Positions 1 through 12,804 of a DNA stretch of 64,000 nt are shown one piece after another. A program made the position numbers and the translations under genes. This stretch comes from Lama guanicoe (lineage: Eukaryota): contig MU053934.1 of the NCBI GenBank assembly GCA_013239625.1, forward strand, positions 2,163,031-2,227,030. The letters run 5' to 3'. The notes beneath the pieces were generated by a model. The model searched no databases. It was not told the origin of the DNA and saw only the letters and a program-made list of their open reading frames with translations. Every line of letters starts with the position of its first letter. Within the stretch, counting starts at the first letter, position 1.

Positions 1-1980
1 GAATCAGGGTGGCTGGACTATTGCAACACAAACCACCTGAAGGCCCCAAACCTCATCTGAGTGCCCGCCAGCTCTTGGGGAACACAGCAGAGGTTTTGCT
101 GGTCACAGTCGTGGTCTGTAACAGGGTGGATAAAGGGTGGAGACAAGAAAAGCAAGGCATAGAGCCAAGAATTGTTCCACTTTCCAGAGAGAAACAGCCT
201 GAATAACAATGCTACTTGTTTTGTGGTATTGAATAGATCCTTAAATAGAATGGACAAATTTCCTTTTGCTATAATCAGATACCTGCCTTGGCCTCAGTCC
301 CAGCTGCGCAGCTTCCCTGTGAGCCCTGGAATCCCCACATTGTCCCTTGGTCCCAGCCCATGGTGGGCATCTTCTCAGCCTCAGGTGCGCTCCAATCTGC
401 AGGGTAGGGGTGGGGTTCTGGGTACAGATTGTTCCTTGAATTCTTCCAGGCACCCCTCCTTCCTTCCTTGATTTCCTGTTGTGGTCACCAAGCACACAAG
501 AGCAGTGGGCTCATGGAAAGAAATTAAGGGGAATTATTCATGGTTACTAATATCCAACCAATTCTTGTCTTCCAATCGCAGTGCAGAAATTCTCTGGTAA
601 TTATTCCTGGAGTGAGAACCAGGCCTGGAAGCAGGTGGAACTTTTCTCCTCTTCCTGGAGCTAATGGCTGGGCCAGGGGAGCCATATGACAATCACTTAT
701 CCCACCAGCTGCATGACAAGGATGGCCAACGAGATCCCCACCCCACCACTGCCAGATGCCAGCAGAGAACTGAAACAGGGCAGGATGAATGGGAGCCAGA
801 GAGGAACTGGGAGGAAGGGAAATCTGGTGGGGTCTGGGGAAGAAAGAAGGAAGAGGGAATCACATGAATCCCTGGTGGGGAAGGGGAGAGCCTTGATCTG
901 TGGGTGCCTCCGTGAGGTGGGGAGTGAGGAGGAAGCCTGAAGCTTTTAAGGATCAGCACCCCTGCCCACTAGTAACACAGCCATCCATCACTTCAGGGGC
1001 CTACCCCACTCCCTTAAGGGGATGCTTACTAGTGAGGGAGGAGGGCAGAGGGTGGAGGTCCTGCTCCCCTACTGCCCCGCAGGGGGAGACGGGAGCTTCT
1101 GCAAAGGCCTAATTGGGGTGCCCACCTGCTCAGGACAATGCCTCCTGCCTCTCTGCACATTTACCCTGTCCCGTAGCCATGGAGGATGGCTCTAAGGCCC
1201 CCTTGAGCCAATCAGAATCTCTCCCCAGGAAATCAGAAAGCCTGGGCGAAAATCCTCAGAGACAGAAGCTGCGGAGCTGAGGCCGGGAGGGAACCACATC
1301 TCCTCCGCTGGGATCACTAAGGCTTTCTGGGCTCCTGCTCTTCCCAAAGCCTGCTTCTGAAGCTGTGTATGTGTGTCTATGTGTGTCTGAAACTATGTAT
1401 GTCTGTGTCTGTGAATTTCTTTAATTCCGTGAACATTCTGGATCATTCCAGTAAATACCTCTGTTCTTGAGTTTGCCAGAAGTTACTTGGTTTTTGTTTT
1501 TGTTCTTGCATTTGACTTTGTCTTTATTTTTCTTGGTTGCTATTGTTTTGCTCGCAACCAAAGAATCTTGACTGACACAGAAATGGGTACCCAAGAGTTG
1601 GTGGCAGCCCACAGACCCTCAGGAGGGCTGGCATGTTTGGAATTGGTTTTCTGGCTGAGAGGGGTTGGGGGACCAGGACATGGGGAAGCCCCTCCCCTCT
1701 GTATTCTGGGAGGCAGCCACTGTCAGTGCGGAAGGGACCAGAAAGGCTGGGATCTGGAGGAGGACAGTCGCTTCTGATGCTTCAGACAAACACTCGGATG
1801 ACATCTTGAAACTTCTCCTCAAGGCATCAAATAAATTCTAGCTGTTTATGTTTTCAGCTGGAAAACTGTCCTATAAGAACTAAAGTCAGAGATGGATTCT
1901 GGAGGTTTCTGATTCACGTGATGAATTCAATCCTCACTAGATCTTTTCAGTGATAATTAAGGCACAGATGGGGATGAGCT

Positions 1981-2468
1981 GCATGCTAATTTCCTGCGGC
2001 TGCTGTAACAAATAAGCATACATTCAATGGCTTAAAACAACCCAGGTTTATTCTCTTACAGTTAAGAAGCACAGATGTCTTAAAATCGAAGCGTAGGAGG
2101 CTGCATTCCTTTTGGAAGCTCTGAGAGAGAATGCATTTCCTTACCTCTTCCAGCTTCCAGAGCTACTTACATTCCTTGGCTCCCGGCCCCTTCCTCCATC
2201 TTCAAAGCCAGCAGCATAGCATCTTCCAATCTCTTTCTATCCTCATGTCTCCCTTTCTTCCTTCTGACCCTCTCACCTCCCTCTTATCAGGACCTTCGTG
2301 ATTATATTGGATCCACCCCAATTATCCCAGATAATTTCCCTGTCTCAAGATCCTTACCTGAATCTCATCTTCAAAGTCCCTTTTATTAAGTAAATGAACA
2401 TATTCCTAGGTTCCAAGGATTAGGACACAGGCATCTTTGGTGGGGGAGGGGAAACTATTCAGCCTACC
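1981..2468 (-). mobile_element. MaLR (MLT1-like) LTR
   Basis: ggctgctgtaacaaat...ggcttaaaacaac...ttccagcttccagag...ccatcttcaaagccagca...ctattcagcctac is the typical MLT1 pattern. Confidence 0.7.
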
Positions 2469-3439
2469 CCTAGTTGCATCTAGAAAATTGCCATAGGGAC
2501 ACCTGAAGGGACTTCAAGGATCCCAGGTACAATCCATATCTAAGGGCACTTTGACACCCATTTGCCTGGACCCCATTCTCTGGTGCAGGGCAGCCAACAC
2601 TTGAAGTCAGCCTGGCCCCCAGGGTGAAAGGCAGAACTGGAAAGAAAAGAGACACCAAAGTCAGAGAACGAATGAGCTATGAAAGCTCTACAGGTCTGGA
2701 GAGAATGTGTAGGGTGGAGTCAAATGAGTTCCCAGAGGAAGGCGGAATGGAATTCTGTCTTTGCTACCATGTCGGTCCCCCGCTGACCCCGGGTACCCCT
2801 GCAGAGGGCTGTGATCCTAACCACACCTAGGGCTGATCTACCTTAACCATATGCTGAGCACCTCTTGGTGATACTGCAAGTCAGGAAGCACTTGGCATTG
2901 AGAAGAAGGACGAATCCAAGAGTGCAGGGACTGGAGGATTAGAGTTGATCTCTCGTGGATTTCCCACGTGCACTGTGTTTCCTGCCAGGGCCCAGGAGAC
3001 CCCCTCTCCTCTGACCCCAGGAAGAAATGGATGATTTAGGAGCTCTCTAGATGGGGGTGGGGTGGAGCTGGGACCCCGATCTCTGTAGGTCGAGAAATTC
3101 CAAGAGGTCAACCCTGAGGGAGGCAAGTCACAGCAGAAGAAGAGAGAGCATGGGTGTTGTGTCCAGCAGCCAGGAGGGCAGGTGATCAGGGCTCAGGTGA
3201 GACATGCAGAGCTTCCCAGCAATAGAACCGAGGGATGGTCCACTTATTTTGTAAGACCCGAAATCTGGTGAGCAAAGAGCAGACATGGGTCAGCGTGCTG
3301 GATGGGCTCTGCTTGTCGCCCGATTCTCAGACCCAAGTCATAGGATGGACCAGGGACCTTGAAGGAAAGGGTGGCCAGGAGTCAGAACGGGCCTGTCATA
3401 CACCGTGCGGTCACTCCTCCTACCTGCCCGCCATGGCCT

Positions 3440-4075
3440 GGGAGCATCCCCTTAGGGAACAGTGCTGGTTAAAGGAAACACAACCAACCTGGACTGTTGG
3501 TACTGGCTCCAACTTTACACTAACTTCTGGGACCCAGAATAGCCCAGAATGAGCCAGACCGTGGTCTTTTGGACAGAGGGGATGCTTACAGTGGTCGGTA
3601 ATAAATGCATGTCTGATATGAATTCACCCCACAAGAGGTCCACGGGGACCCTCCTCTCACCTGGTCACCATTTTCTAAGCTCCTGAGTATATCATTGGAA
3701 TGGGTACTCTTGGGAGCTAGGGATTGTTTATCCAAACCCATGAATGAGGGCTATTACAGTGAGATAAACCAATGCAAGCCATTGGGTTTTTACATCTCTG
3801 TCAAAATACTTAAATCAAAATCCACACCAAATTCTTGGAGGAATTACAGAGACAGGTGCCATCATCAAGGCTTAAAGGAAGCAAGAGTAGTGATTCCACT
3901 GACGCACATGTTCATTCACCTCTCCAGTTTGTCCAGTGCCAACCAGCGATGTGTCTTGGGAAACAGTGGTGGGAGTTCATGAACCTAATTAGGTGGAAAC
4001 CCTAATGGAAGTGGCCATTCCTAAGATGTTCTGTTAATGTTAATAAAGGACATAAATACAGGCTCCAGTTCTTGG
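3440..4075 (+). mobile_element. Highly decayed ERV-L internal (pro/pol) remnant
   Basis: ggactgttggtactggctccaactttacactaacttctgggacc resembles GLLDTGSELTLIPGDP. LKEARVVIP resembles LKDAGVVIP of ERV-L pol. Confidence 0.5.
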
Positions 4076-4866
4076 ATGTATCAGTCTTCTTAGATGCAAG
4101 CAGAGGTATCAATTCTGCTTTCTCAATTTAAGAAAAAAAAGGAAATTTATTGGAATATTACCCCTAATCAGGAGGAGGCTGGAGTCCAGACTCGGAAAAC
4201 ACTGTAGATCAAGGCACCATGATGGCGTTGAAGGTAGAGAGCAAGAGAGTCATCTTCTGTCAAGAACAGTAGGGTCAAGGCACTGCCTCTGCCTCTGCCG
4301 CCTTCAGGTACCACCCCCAGCGGTGCAAGTGGTGGGCGCTCCCATTCCCGCCCCCATTCCCTCCTGAGCAGTCTTGCTGATGACACTGAGAATTGGTTCT
4401 AAGCACCCTAGGTCTTTGCCTCACTTGCTTCATATTCTGGACCCCATGTGGAAGCAGCTAGTCAGTCAAACCTAGGTCTTGAGTAGGAGCCCTGGATGCT
4501 AGGGGGCAGGAGAGAAAAGGGGAATCTGGTCTCTCTGGCTTCCACATAGAGAGGGTGTTGTGACCACATATGGCGGAAAAACCCCCCAAGTAGGAAGAAG
4601 ACAGTAGATGCTGAATGGGGGAGAAGAGAATTGTTCCCCATGAAACAAGCCCGTTACCTCCAGGGGCCCCAAAAGTTGACCTCTTTGATTGTAGGAGGTA
4701 GAAACCTAACTCCAAATTGCAAAAATGAGCGACATCACTGAAAAATCCAGAAAGGCCAAATCCCGTACTTAAACGAAATTATCAGTACTCAGACTCTCTC
4801 AAATTCTGCTGGGCTTTCTGCCTAGCACAGTGGCTCCAGCCAAAGCTGGACTGCTGCGGAATACCT

Positions 4867-5505
4867 CTTTTTTTTTTTCTTAAATTGAGTTATAGTCAGT
4901 TTACACCGTTGTGTCAATTTCTGCTGTACAGAACAATTTTTCAGTCACGCATGAGTATACATATATTTACTTTCATATTCTTTTTCACTGTGAGCTACTA
5001 TAAGATCTTGACTATACTCCCCTGTGCTATACAGTATAAATTTCTTTATCTATTCTATATATACCTGTCAGTATCTATTAATATCAAACTCCCAGCCTGT
5101 CCCTTCCACTCCCCAAACAACCACAAGTTTGTATTCTATGTGTATGAGTCTGTTTCTGTTATATTTAAGTTCATTTATCTTCTTCTTTGTTTGTTTTAAA
5201 TTCCACATATCAGTGATATGATATGTTATTTTTCTTTCTCTTTCTGGCTAATTTCACTTAGAATGACATTCTCCAGGGACATCCATGTTCCTGTAAATGG
5301 CACTATGTTGTCATTTTTTATGGCTGCATAACATTCCATTATATAAATATACCACTATTTCCTTAGCCAGTCATCTGTTGATGGACATTTAAGTTGTTTC
5401 CATGTCTTGGCTACTGCAAATAGTGCTGCTATGAACACTGGGGTGCAGGTGTCTTTTTGAATTAGAATTCCTTCTGGATATATGCCCAGGAGTGGGATTG
5501 CTGGG
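4867..5505 (-). mobile_element. 5'-truncated LINE-1 3' end
   Basis: Poly-T at the left end and the ORF2 C-terminus PAIPLLGIYPE...KDTCTPVFIAALFAVAKTWKQLKCPSTDDW. Flanks ggaatacctctt / ggaacatctctt may be a decayed target duplication. Confidence 0.85.
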
Positions 5506-6807
5506 GAACATCTCTTAAGGGTATTCCCCCAAAACAACAGGGACCGTCTTGTGGAATGCTCACCAGAAGATCTCCAAATCAAAGAGAAATAATAGTCAAT
5601 GATGATACCCTTTGTGGCTGCAAATCTCCTCCCTTTTCCAGGCAGCCTAGCACTTTCAAAATCGGCTTTATAAACAAGTTGACTGGTAGGGAAGTACATC
5701 TACCTATACAAGATGGACTGTCCATCATCAAGGTAGACTGGACGGGAGCGTGGGAGCCCAGCAGACAAGCAGGAGGAGTGATGGAGGACTTGCTCCCTGC
5801 GATCCTGGAAGACAGGCTCCTAGGGAAGGGCAGTCCCGTATGGTGCCCAGCAGAGCCTGACAATTAACAAAGAAAGGCTGAGTGAATCAGTGCATATGTA
5901 TTGAACCAAGGGTTATAGAACACAAGGTGGGGAGAGCCAGGGGGATCTGAAATATCTGGTCCCACACCACCCTCAACTGATGAAGAAGCTGAAGCTCAGT
6001 GAGGCTGAAGCTCTTGGTCCCAAGCTAGTTGATCTCCTGGACACATCACAATATTCCTTGTCCTGTTGCTGGCATCTGGATTCATTTTTCTTTCTTTCTT
6101 TTGTTTTGTTTTTCATATCAACCTCTATTCCAACACAGCATTTGATGTTTCACAGGAACTTCATTGGTCTCTCAGTGCACCCTGGTCCCACAGGGCACCT
6201 GGCAACTTGACAAATATTCCACTCCCTGGAGTGTCATCACCAACATCATCATCATCATCCTGACGACATCACTGTCTAATTCAGATAAACCTGCTGCAAG
6301 TCAAAGATGAATTCATGCTGGAAAAGGAGGGCTGGGGACCCCCACCAGGAAGACTCTCTTCTGGTAGGGACATCAGACCCTGGGGAGGGGCGATAGAGGA
6401 GCCACTGCCACCTCTCCCTCCATCCAAGAGTCCCAACTCTTTGACTTTCTCCATTTATTATTCTTTTCTGTTTGCAGCCTTCTTGTTCCTTGATCCTCCA
6501 TCCTCTCTCTTTATTCAGGCCCCCAGGGTCTTCTTTGTCCATGATACATGGTTTCTCTCTTTCCCTTACTCTCTTGTTCCCCCTCCGCCCTTATTCCAGG
6601 CTTTAGGCCCCTTTCTTTTCTTTGACCACATGCATGAACCACTGCCTGGCTGCGCTCAGACCAAGAAATGCAACATTCCTTCACATCCAGGTCCATAAGT
6701 TTTTTGGCCCCTTTCCCCCTCTTAAAAGCTACCTCTGCATGTTGGCCACTCACATGCCTCTGCTCCCTGCACTGCTCTGGGTCGGGGGACTGAGGGAGAC
6801 TCGGACC

Positions 6808-7669
6808 CTACAGCAGACTCTCGTAGGTCTGAGTGAGCTCCTCCAACCTTCTCTCCAGCTCCAGGGCCTGCTGTCTTAGCCGTTCAGCTGACTCCGTCTT
6901 TGCCCCCTCATGCAAGTGCAGTGACTCTTTCACAAGGAAGCCCACATTCAGCAGAAGGGAGACACCTGCACCGGCCATACCAATGACCCGGGCTCCTGTG
7001 CTCATTGCCAGAGCTGTGCCTTTAAGAACTTCCTGCACCTGCCTGCTGCTTTGGACTGAGATTTGCCCAGTGGTCAGGAAGCGCTGCACATCTGCTGCTA
7101 AGCCAGGGTTGGCTTTGAGCAGCTCGATGGCCCGGATAATCTTTTCAATCTGTAGCACGGCTTCTTTGAGTTTCTCTGCTGCAGAAACAATTAGGGACTG
7201 GCGCTGCAGTAGAACCTCCTTGACGATTTTCCATCTGTTGATGGCAGTTGACATTAGGTCATTGGCTTCAGTTTCTGCTGATGACGTGACAACATGTTCC
7301 ACGACAGTGCTGGCCACACCGGTCAGGGCAGCTGCAGCCCCCAGCCCTAACCCAGTTGCCGAGAGTGCCAGACTGACCCCCGCTGTCACAGGGGCCAGAA
7401 TCACGCCAGCAATGGTCAGGATGCCAGACACAGCACCAGCAGATGCGGCTGCCACCTGGGCGATGGTGCAGTCCCTGTGAACCTTGTCCACCTTGTCTGC
7501 AAGTGCACGGAGCTTTTCTATTGTTTCCTCAAGCCCTCGTTTCACCTGAGGAAACTTCTTTAAAAACCTCTTCCTATTCAGCTGCTCCTTTAGCAGGCTG
7601 TATTTGACCTTGAGGGCCAAGAGTGTCTTCAGGTCATCCAGGTATTCGCGTAGTGCAGCTGCCTCTTCC
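6808..7669 (-). CDS. APOL: APOL copy A, large last coding exon (pore-forming, membrane-addressing and C-terminal helix regions)
   Basis: Acceptor ttacag|G GAA GAG GCA at 7669. The open frame reads REEAAALREYLDDLKTLLALK...LRALADKVDKVHRDCTIAQVAAASAGAVSGILTIAGVILAPVTAG...ESLHLHEGAKTESAERLRQQALELERRLEELTQTYESLL*. It carries hallmark APOL motifs (LRALAD, LAPxTxG, ESxHLHEGAK). Confidence 0.95.
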
Positions 7670-7979
7670 CTGTAACCGTGAGGTCAAGAGATTAAGAAAG
7701 GAACTTTGGAGTTCTCCGTAAAACACCCTCAACAAGATTCATCCTGCATAAATCACAGACATTTTACTCTAAACCAAAGAGAAAAGACTTTTACAAATGT
7801 AAGTTTTTTTGGATCAACACTATGCACATGTTTTGTACATTGCAGAGGCTCCATTTTATTTGTTCAAAGACAGCAGAAAAAAAGCGTAAGTCATTTTAGG
7901 ATACTCTTAGGTGGTAGATATTTGGTAAGACACATTCTGACTCAGAGGCAGGTCAGCACCGTCACCTCCAAGGTGCTTG

Positions 7980-9140
7980 TAGAGCGGGAGCTCCACAGGT
8001 AAACACAGAGAAGTGGGACTGGAGCAGAGAAGCCCTCATTCAGAGAAGCGTAGGGTGCAGTGAGGAATCAACCTGCTTTTGCCCTTGGCTAAGGGAAGTG
8101 ATCCCTAAGCCCCTAGAATGTTCTGGCTGATAGGAGTGCCCTGGTTTGCCTGGGCCCCTGGCCGCTGACAATCGGCCAGGCTGATGCGTGATGGGCCTCA
8201 GGGTCACGTGGTGTCAGTCCTGACCTCTGGGGGAAGTGGACACGAGGGTGTTGGTCTGACCTGTTGGAGGGGCTGGAGACTCAGGTCAGCCGGGCGGGCA
8301 GCCTGTGATTGAGCCCCAGGAGGACACTGTGCACTGAGGCTCGGGGTGCCTGACATTCTCTCCTTCACGAAGCGTTAGTCAGGCTCTTCTGAGTCCTCTT
8401 CTCAAGCAGGCCTACACCTTCCCCTTCCCTGTCCTGTCCCCTATGGCCCCTACCACCCAGTCTCAGCAAGAACCCTGCTAAATCCACATAGTTAGATTCA
8501 TCCACTCTGAGATCCAATCACCTTTGATACCTGATCCAATTCCTCATCTCCCACCTTTGAAGCATCCGCCCTTGTCCTGCCTTTAGTGAGAATCCTGTTA
8601 GGAAAGATAAACAGGAATCCCCTCCCCTTGGTGTCTCCTCTCAGTAATTTTCCCTCCACCACCCCTCACTCTGCTCCTTGGCTATAAACCCCCAGTGTCT
8701 GTGCTGTGTTCGGGCTTGAGCCCATGTGTCTGCTCTACAGCAATGGGCTCCACACCTGTCAACTCCACACCTTCACCACTGTCCTGAATGCTGCCTGCCT
8801 CATCAGATTAAAGACTATCAGGACCATTTTTTTAAACACTGTGTGCATCCCTGGTTGGCTGTGCCCCCACGTGCACTGACACACTGACCACAGGACAGTA
8901 ATGCGTCCTGAGGACAAGAGAAGCTTCATGTTTGAAACCCTCCCAGACTCTGCCCTGTGGCTGCTGGCAACCCGCTTCCTTCCCTGTACTAAACCTGACC
9001 TGGGAGTGTGCCAGCTGTCAGGGAGTCCTGTGCATCCTTCTCAGGAATTCTCCAACCAGAGGGTGGATGGGGCATCCTCCAAATTTGTCACTGTTGTCAA
9101 GAGTTAGGACAATCTGGGGACTGTGCACTCAGACTTTGCA
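7980..9140 (+). mobile_element. MER21-like LTR interrupted by a second LTR-like element (about 8348-8840)
   Basis: Segments such as ctaagcccctagaatgttctggctgataggagtg and ccctggttggc...ggggactgtgcactcagactttgca resemble MER21 as I recall it. The middle block has its own TATA (ggctataaa). Family names are from memory. Confidence 0.5.
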
Positions 9141-10746
9141 GTCTGGCTAACACCACGTACATAGAATTTGTTTTAAGACCAAAACTCACAGCTAGAGGGG
9201 TCCTCAGGGATCACTTCCGTGACCTATCCCCTCTTCCAAGCCTGATGCCCTGTATCCATCCAGTTGAAGGTCACTGGGTCAAACCACTTCCCCAATTGAC
9301 TGGGAATCAGGAGAGAGGCTATTAACCCTGGTTCCCCCTGGACTCTCCAGCCCACCTCACTGACTCCCAACCCACCACCCTGTACCCCTGAGCTCTCAGG
9401 TGTCACCAGCCTAACTCAAGCTTAGCTGGGGCAGCTTCATTTGCGTGCACCCCAAGGCCATGTGCAACGATGGACCCTCTAAAGGATTCAAAAGACTTTA
9501 TGAAACATCCATATGAACTGTAATACTGAAAGGCCTGCATTTGGACGTGTTGGAAGGTGAAGTATATTCTGTTTGGTGGGGACTTGACAACCTCCTCAGA
9601 ATTACACAAATCACATAAAATTGGCAGCCCCTGATTCCGACAATGGAGTCATCACTAAGCCACACCGCATTCAAACTTGTCAGGCTACTCTATGTGGAAT
9701 AGAAGAGGGTCCCACATGGCATACAAGACCCCTGGGCCCCCAGGCAGGGTGTGGAGGACACAGTCACCCTGGGCCCTCTATGCCCAGCACCAGGGAGGGA
9801 AGAACTGTCCCCTCTCCCACTCACGGCACCTCTGCTGGGTTCACAGCCCCTTCAGCTTTGTGTTCTAGGGGTCACTCCCCTCATTCTGGTCCTGGCCCTT
9901 TGCCAACACATTCTACTAGTTCCCCCACCTGAACTTCTCTCTCCATCCTGAGCCTTGAGTGCGACCCTGGTCCAGGCCTCCCTGGACCTTTGCACGACAT
10001 GCCTGCACTTGTTACCCACCTGTGACCCCGTGGTTCACTCTCAGGCCATCGCCACAGTTCATCAGATTGAACTGCATCTCTCTTTGTACAGATGATAAAT
10101 CTGAGATCCAGGACATAAGCCCAGAGTCCCAGAGTTAGGCCAGGATAGAGCCAGGATCCAGCTCAGCTCCATCCAATTCCACCCCAGCCTCTCTGCCCTA
10201 TAGGCCCCAGGTCCTGCAGTGTCTGCACAATTGCTAAGATGGGGATACCAGGGCTCCAGTCAGAAAGAACCCCCAGGACACAAACTGACGCTGTCAGCAG
10301 TTTTCTGACTCATCCCAAAGGAAGTCCTGCTCAGTTCTCATCTCCAAGAACAAGAACCTTGGCCCGGATCTCTTCCCAAAAAGCTTTTTCAAAGTTAACA
10401 TGAACGGAGCACCTACTACAAGTCAGCCATTATGCTAAGCCCTTGGCGTGTATTATCTCAGTTTCCTCACAATAACATTGAACAGATGAAGAAACCAAGG
10501 CAGAGAGTAGTTAAGTAACTTGTCCAAGGTCAATAACCTGCCCCTTCCTTGCAGTTTCATCTCTTCTCAACCTGAGGCCGTTCACCGCCAGCAAATGACA
10601 TGGAGGAAAAATTCCTCATGGATTATTGAGAAGAAAATCCTCGATCCCAACCCTAGGATACTGCCTGGAGGAGGTGTGCCCTCCAGGAGGAACCTAGCCA
10701 CGGTGGGGGCTTTAGTTGACATTCCTGGGGCACCCACACAAGTCAC

Positions 10747-10867
10747 CTTGATAAATTTTCCTCATCCTCAAATCTATTTAGGACTTCAGTCAGCAGGTGC
10801 AGGAGTTCCTCGCTGTTCAATATGTTCCAGAGGCACTCAATGACAGCCTCAAAAAACCACTCCTTAT
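10747..10867 (-). CDS. APOL: APOL copy A, middle coding exon (121 bp)
   Basis: ctag|ATAAG...TCAAG|gtgact, phase 1 to phase 2. Translates (D)KEWFFEAVIECLWNILNSEELLHLLTEVLNRFEDEENLS(R), matching the APOL exon that reads ESSIFIEDAIKYF...AELPR in human APOL1. Phases fit both neighbouring exons. Confidence 0.9.
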
Positions 10868-11004
10868 CTAGATGGAAAGAAAAAAGGATAAAATTAGACA
10901 AAATTGCAGTGCAACACGATTTGTCTTCAGCACAAAGTGGTCACAGTTCATCTTCCTGAGCACTGTTCCCCTGGGTACTGTTGATGGAGTCACCCGGTGC
11001 TTTG

Positions 11005-11275
11005 GGCAGGACTGGGCCCTCCGCAAATTCATATGTGCAAACCCTGACCCCGCACGTGACTGAATTTAAAATTAGGACATTTCAGGAAATAATTATGGTT
11101 AAATGAGGTCATAAGTGTGGGGCCCTAAGCCAGTAAGGCGGTGTCCTTATTAGAAGAGCAAGTGGTGCCAGTCCAGCTCTCTCTCCACACTGAGAAAGGG
11201 CTGCGTGAGAACAGGACCAGAAGGCAGCAGGCACTGACACCCAGGACAAGAGGCCTCACCAGGACGCAATCCTAC
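11005..11275 (+). mobile_element. MaLR (MLT1-like) LTR fragment; longer homologue at about 30250-30572, another at about 55005-55270
   Basis: aaattcatatg...aaaccct...aaatgaggtcataagtgtggggccctaa...gtgtccttattagaagag motifs. Confidence 0.55.
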
Positions 11276-12773
11276 CTGCTCTTGCTAGTGAGCGCAGTAG
11301 TGTATACAGAAGTAGAAATATAAGGATCTGCACCCGAAACGTACATAAACCGATGTTACTTTAATTTTTAAAATGTCTCAGAATCCAGAGCTTTGAGTAA
11401 AAGTACCAGGTGACAGACTCTTCTCACAAGTCACAGACGCCAGGCCGGTAGGGGAGGGGCTTCCTCAGGGTCGTTAGGGGCGGGACCTCAGCTCTGAGCC
11501 TGTAATCTGTCCCTGTCACCTCTCTCTCCCCCAGGCTGCTCCCAGGGGCACAGCTCCCGCGGCTCCACTGAGCCCCGCTGGCCCGTTTATACACAGGAGA
11601 CCGTCTTGTTTCTGAGGAGAGCTGATCCTCAGGGCTCCCGCAGCCCGGCCTCCCTCACGGGCCCCAGGGCCGGCTGGGGGGCCCCTGGCTTCTACTCTGC
11701 GCCCCCTCCCTTATGTTTCCACTGGGCCACTTTGCTGTCCTGGGCAGCCTCTGGGACAGAGTGATTTAGTTGCTTAGCAGTGCAGTGATGGGGGCAAAGT
11801 GGTCCTGAGAAAACAGGAGTCAAGGAAACACAGTGATGATTTCGGTGCATGGAGAGTTGCTAAGTGTTTTCTCTCTCCTGCGTCACTAATGGTGAAAGGA
11901 AACCAGGGCTTCCGTGGGGGGAGCTCCCAGCACTGAATCTGTGTTGATTGATTGGGGTGAGGCAGGTGGGGAAATGTCTGAGTGCCTGGGTGTCTGCAGG
12001 GGGATCTGAGGGCAAAGGAATCACTACCTGCCTGAGGCAGTCCCATCTGGTGAACAGGTGCCCTAAGGGAACCATGGGGGTGGGGGGTGAGAATTCTGGG
12101 GTGCAGCGAGGCCCCACTACATAGGGACAGCAACAACACTCAGGAGGACGTGCTCCGGGGCAGGCACTGGCCCAGCCACAGATCTACGTTATATTTGATC
12201 CTCAGAACAACATGTGGGAATATCATTCTCATTTTACAGGGGAAGTCAGGGACGGCGCTCCAGGTCACACAGGTGGCAGGTGGCAAAGGCCAGACTGGGA
12301 TTCCATTCAAGGGTCCACTGACCCTGGCAGAGTGGTGGGGCTGGCAGCAGAGCTGGAGGAAAGGGTTTTGATTGGTAACTGCCCAGGGTTTGGGAACAGG
12401 AGGACCCAGGACAAAAGGAGAGGGCGGAGAAGCCTCCAGGGTTGCTGGTCTACCTCCTCTCTCTGCACCTGCCTGGCTTCAGGATGCCCCACGCTACTCA
12501 CACTTCCTTCCCAGGGCTTCCCCTGTCCCACTCATAGTATCTGCTGTGTGGTGGGGAAGGGAGGGAGCCAGCACCTTAGCTGAGGCCCCCTGAGGAGAAG
12601 GCCCAGAAAGAGGCTTTGAGGTAAGATCCCTTTGGTGTGAGGGATAGGGCTTCAAGAATGCTTGTGAACCTCTTCTTGGGTCTTGATTCCTCTGTAGGTT
12701 AACTCAGCCTGGAGACACCACCTTCATTCTAGGGCACAAGGAGGAAGCAGCCAGAGAAGGGGCAGCTGAGTAC

Positions 12774-12804
12774 CTAGGCAGTAAAGGAGGCGTACTGATA
12801 TCAT
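12774..12804 (-). CDS. APOL: APOL copy A, first coding exon segment MISVRLLYCL(D); exon acceptor probably at 12882
   Basis: gctgctggcaccATG context resembles the human APOL context, followed by 31 nt and G|gtactc. Joined CDS is 31+121+862=1014 nt, giving 337 aa with no internal stop. Confidence 0.8.

Noticed and set aside
6833..7480. 215-aa plus-strand ORF
   Set aside because: Antisense shadow of the APOL exon. It is not kept open in copy B and has no recognisable motif.
12575..12709. Possible extra exon after tctccag|gctgag
   Set aside because: It would need an intron of only about 64 nt, has a weak donor, and is not needed for a complete reading frame.
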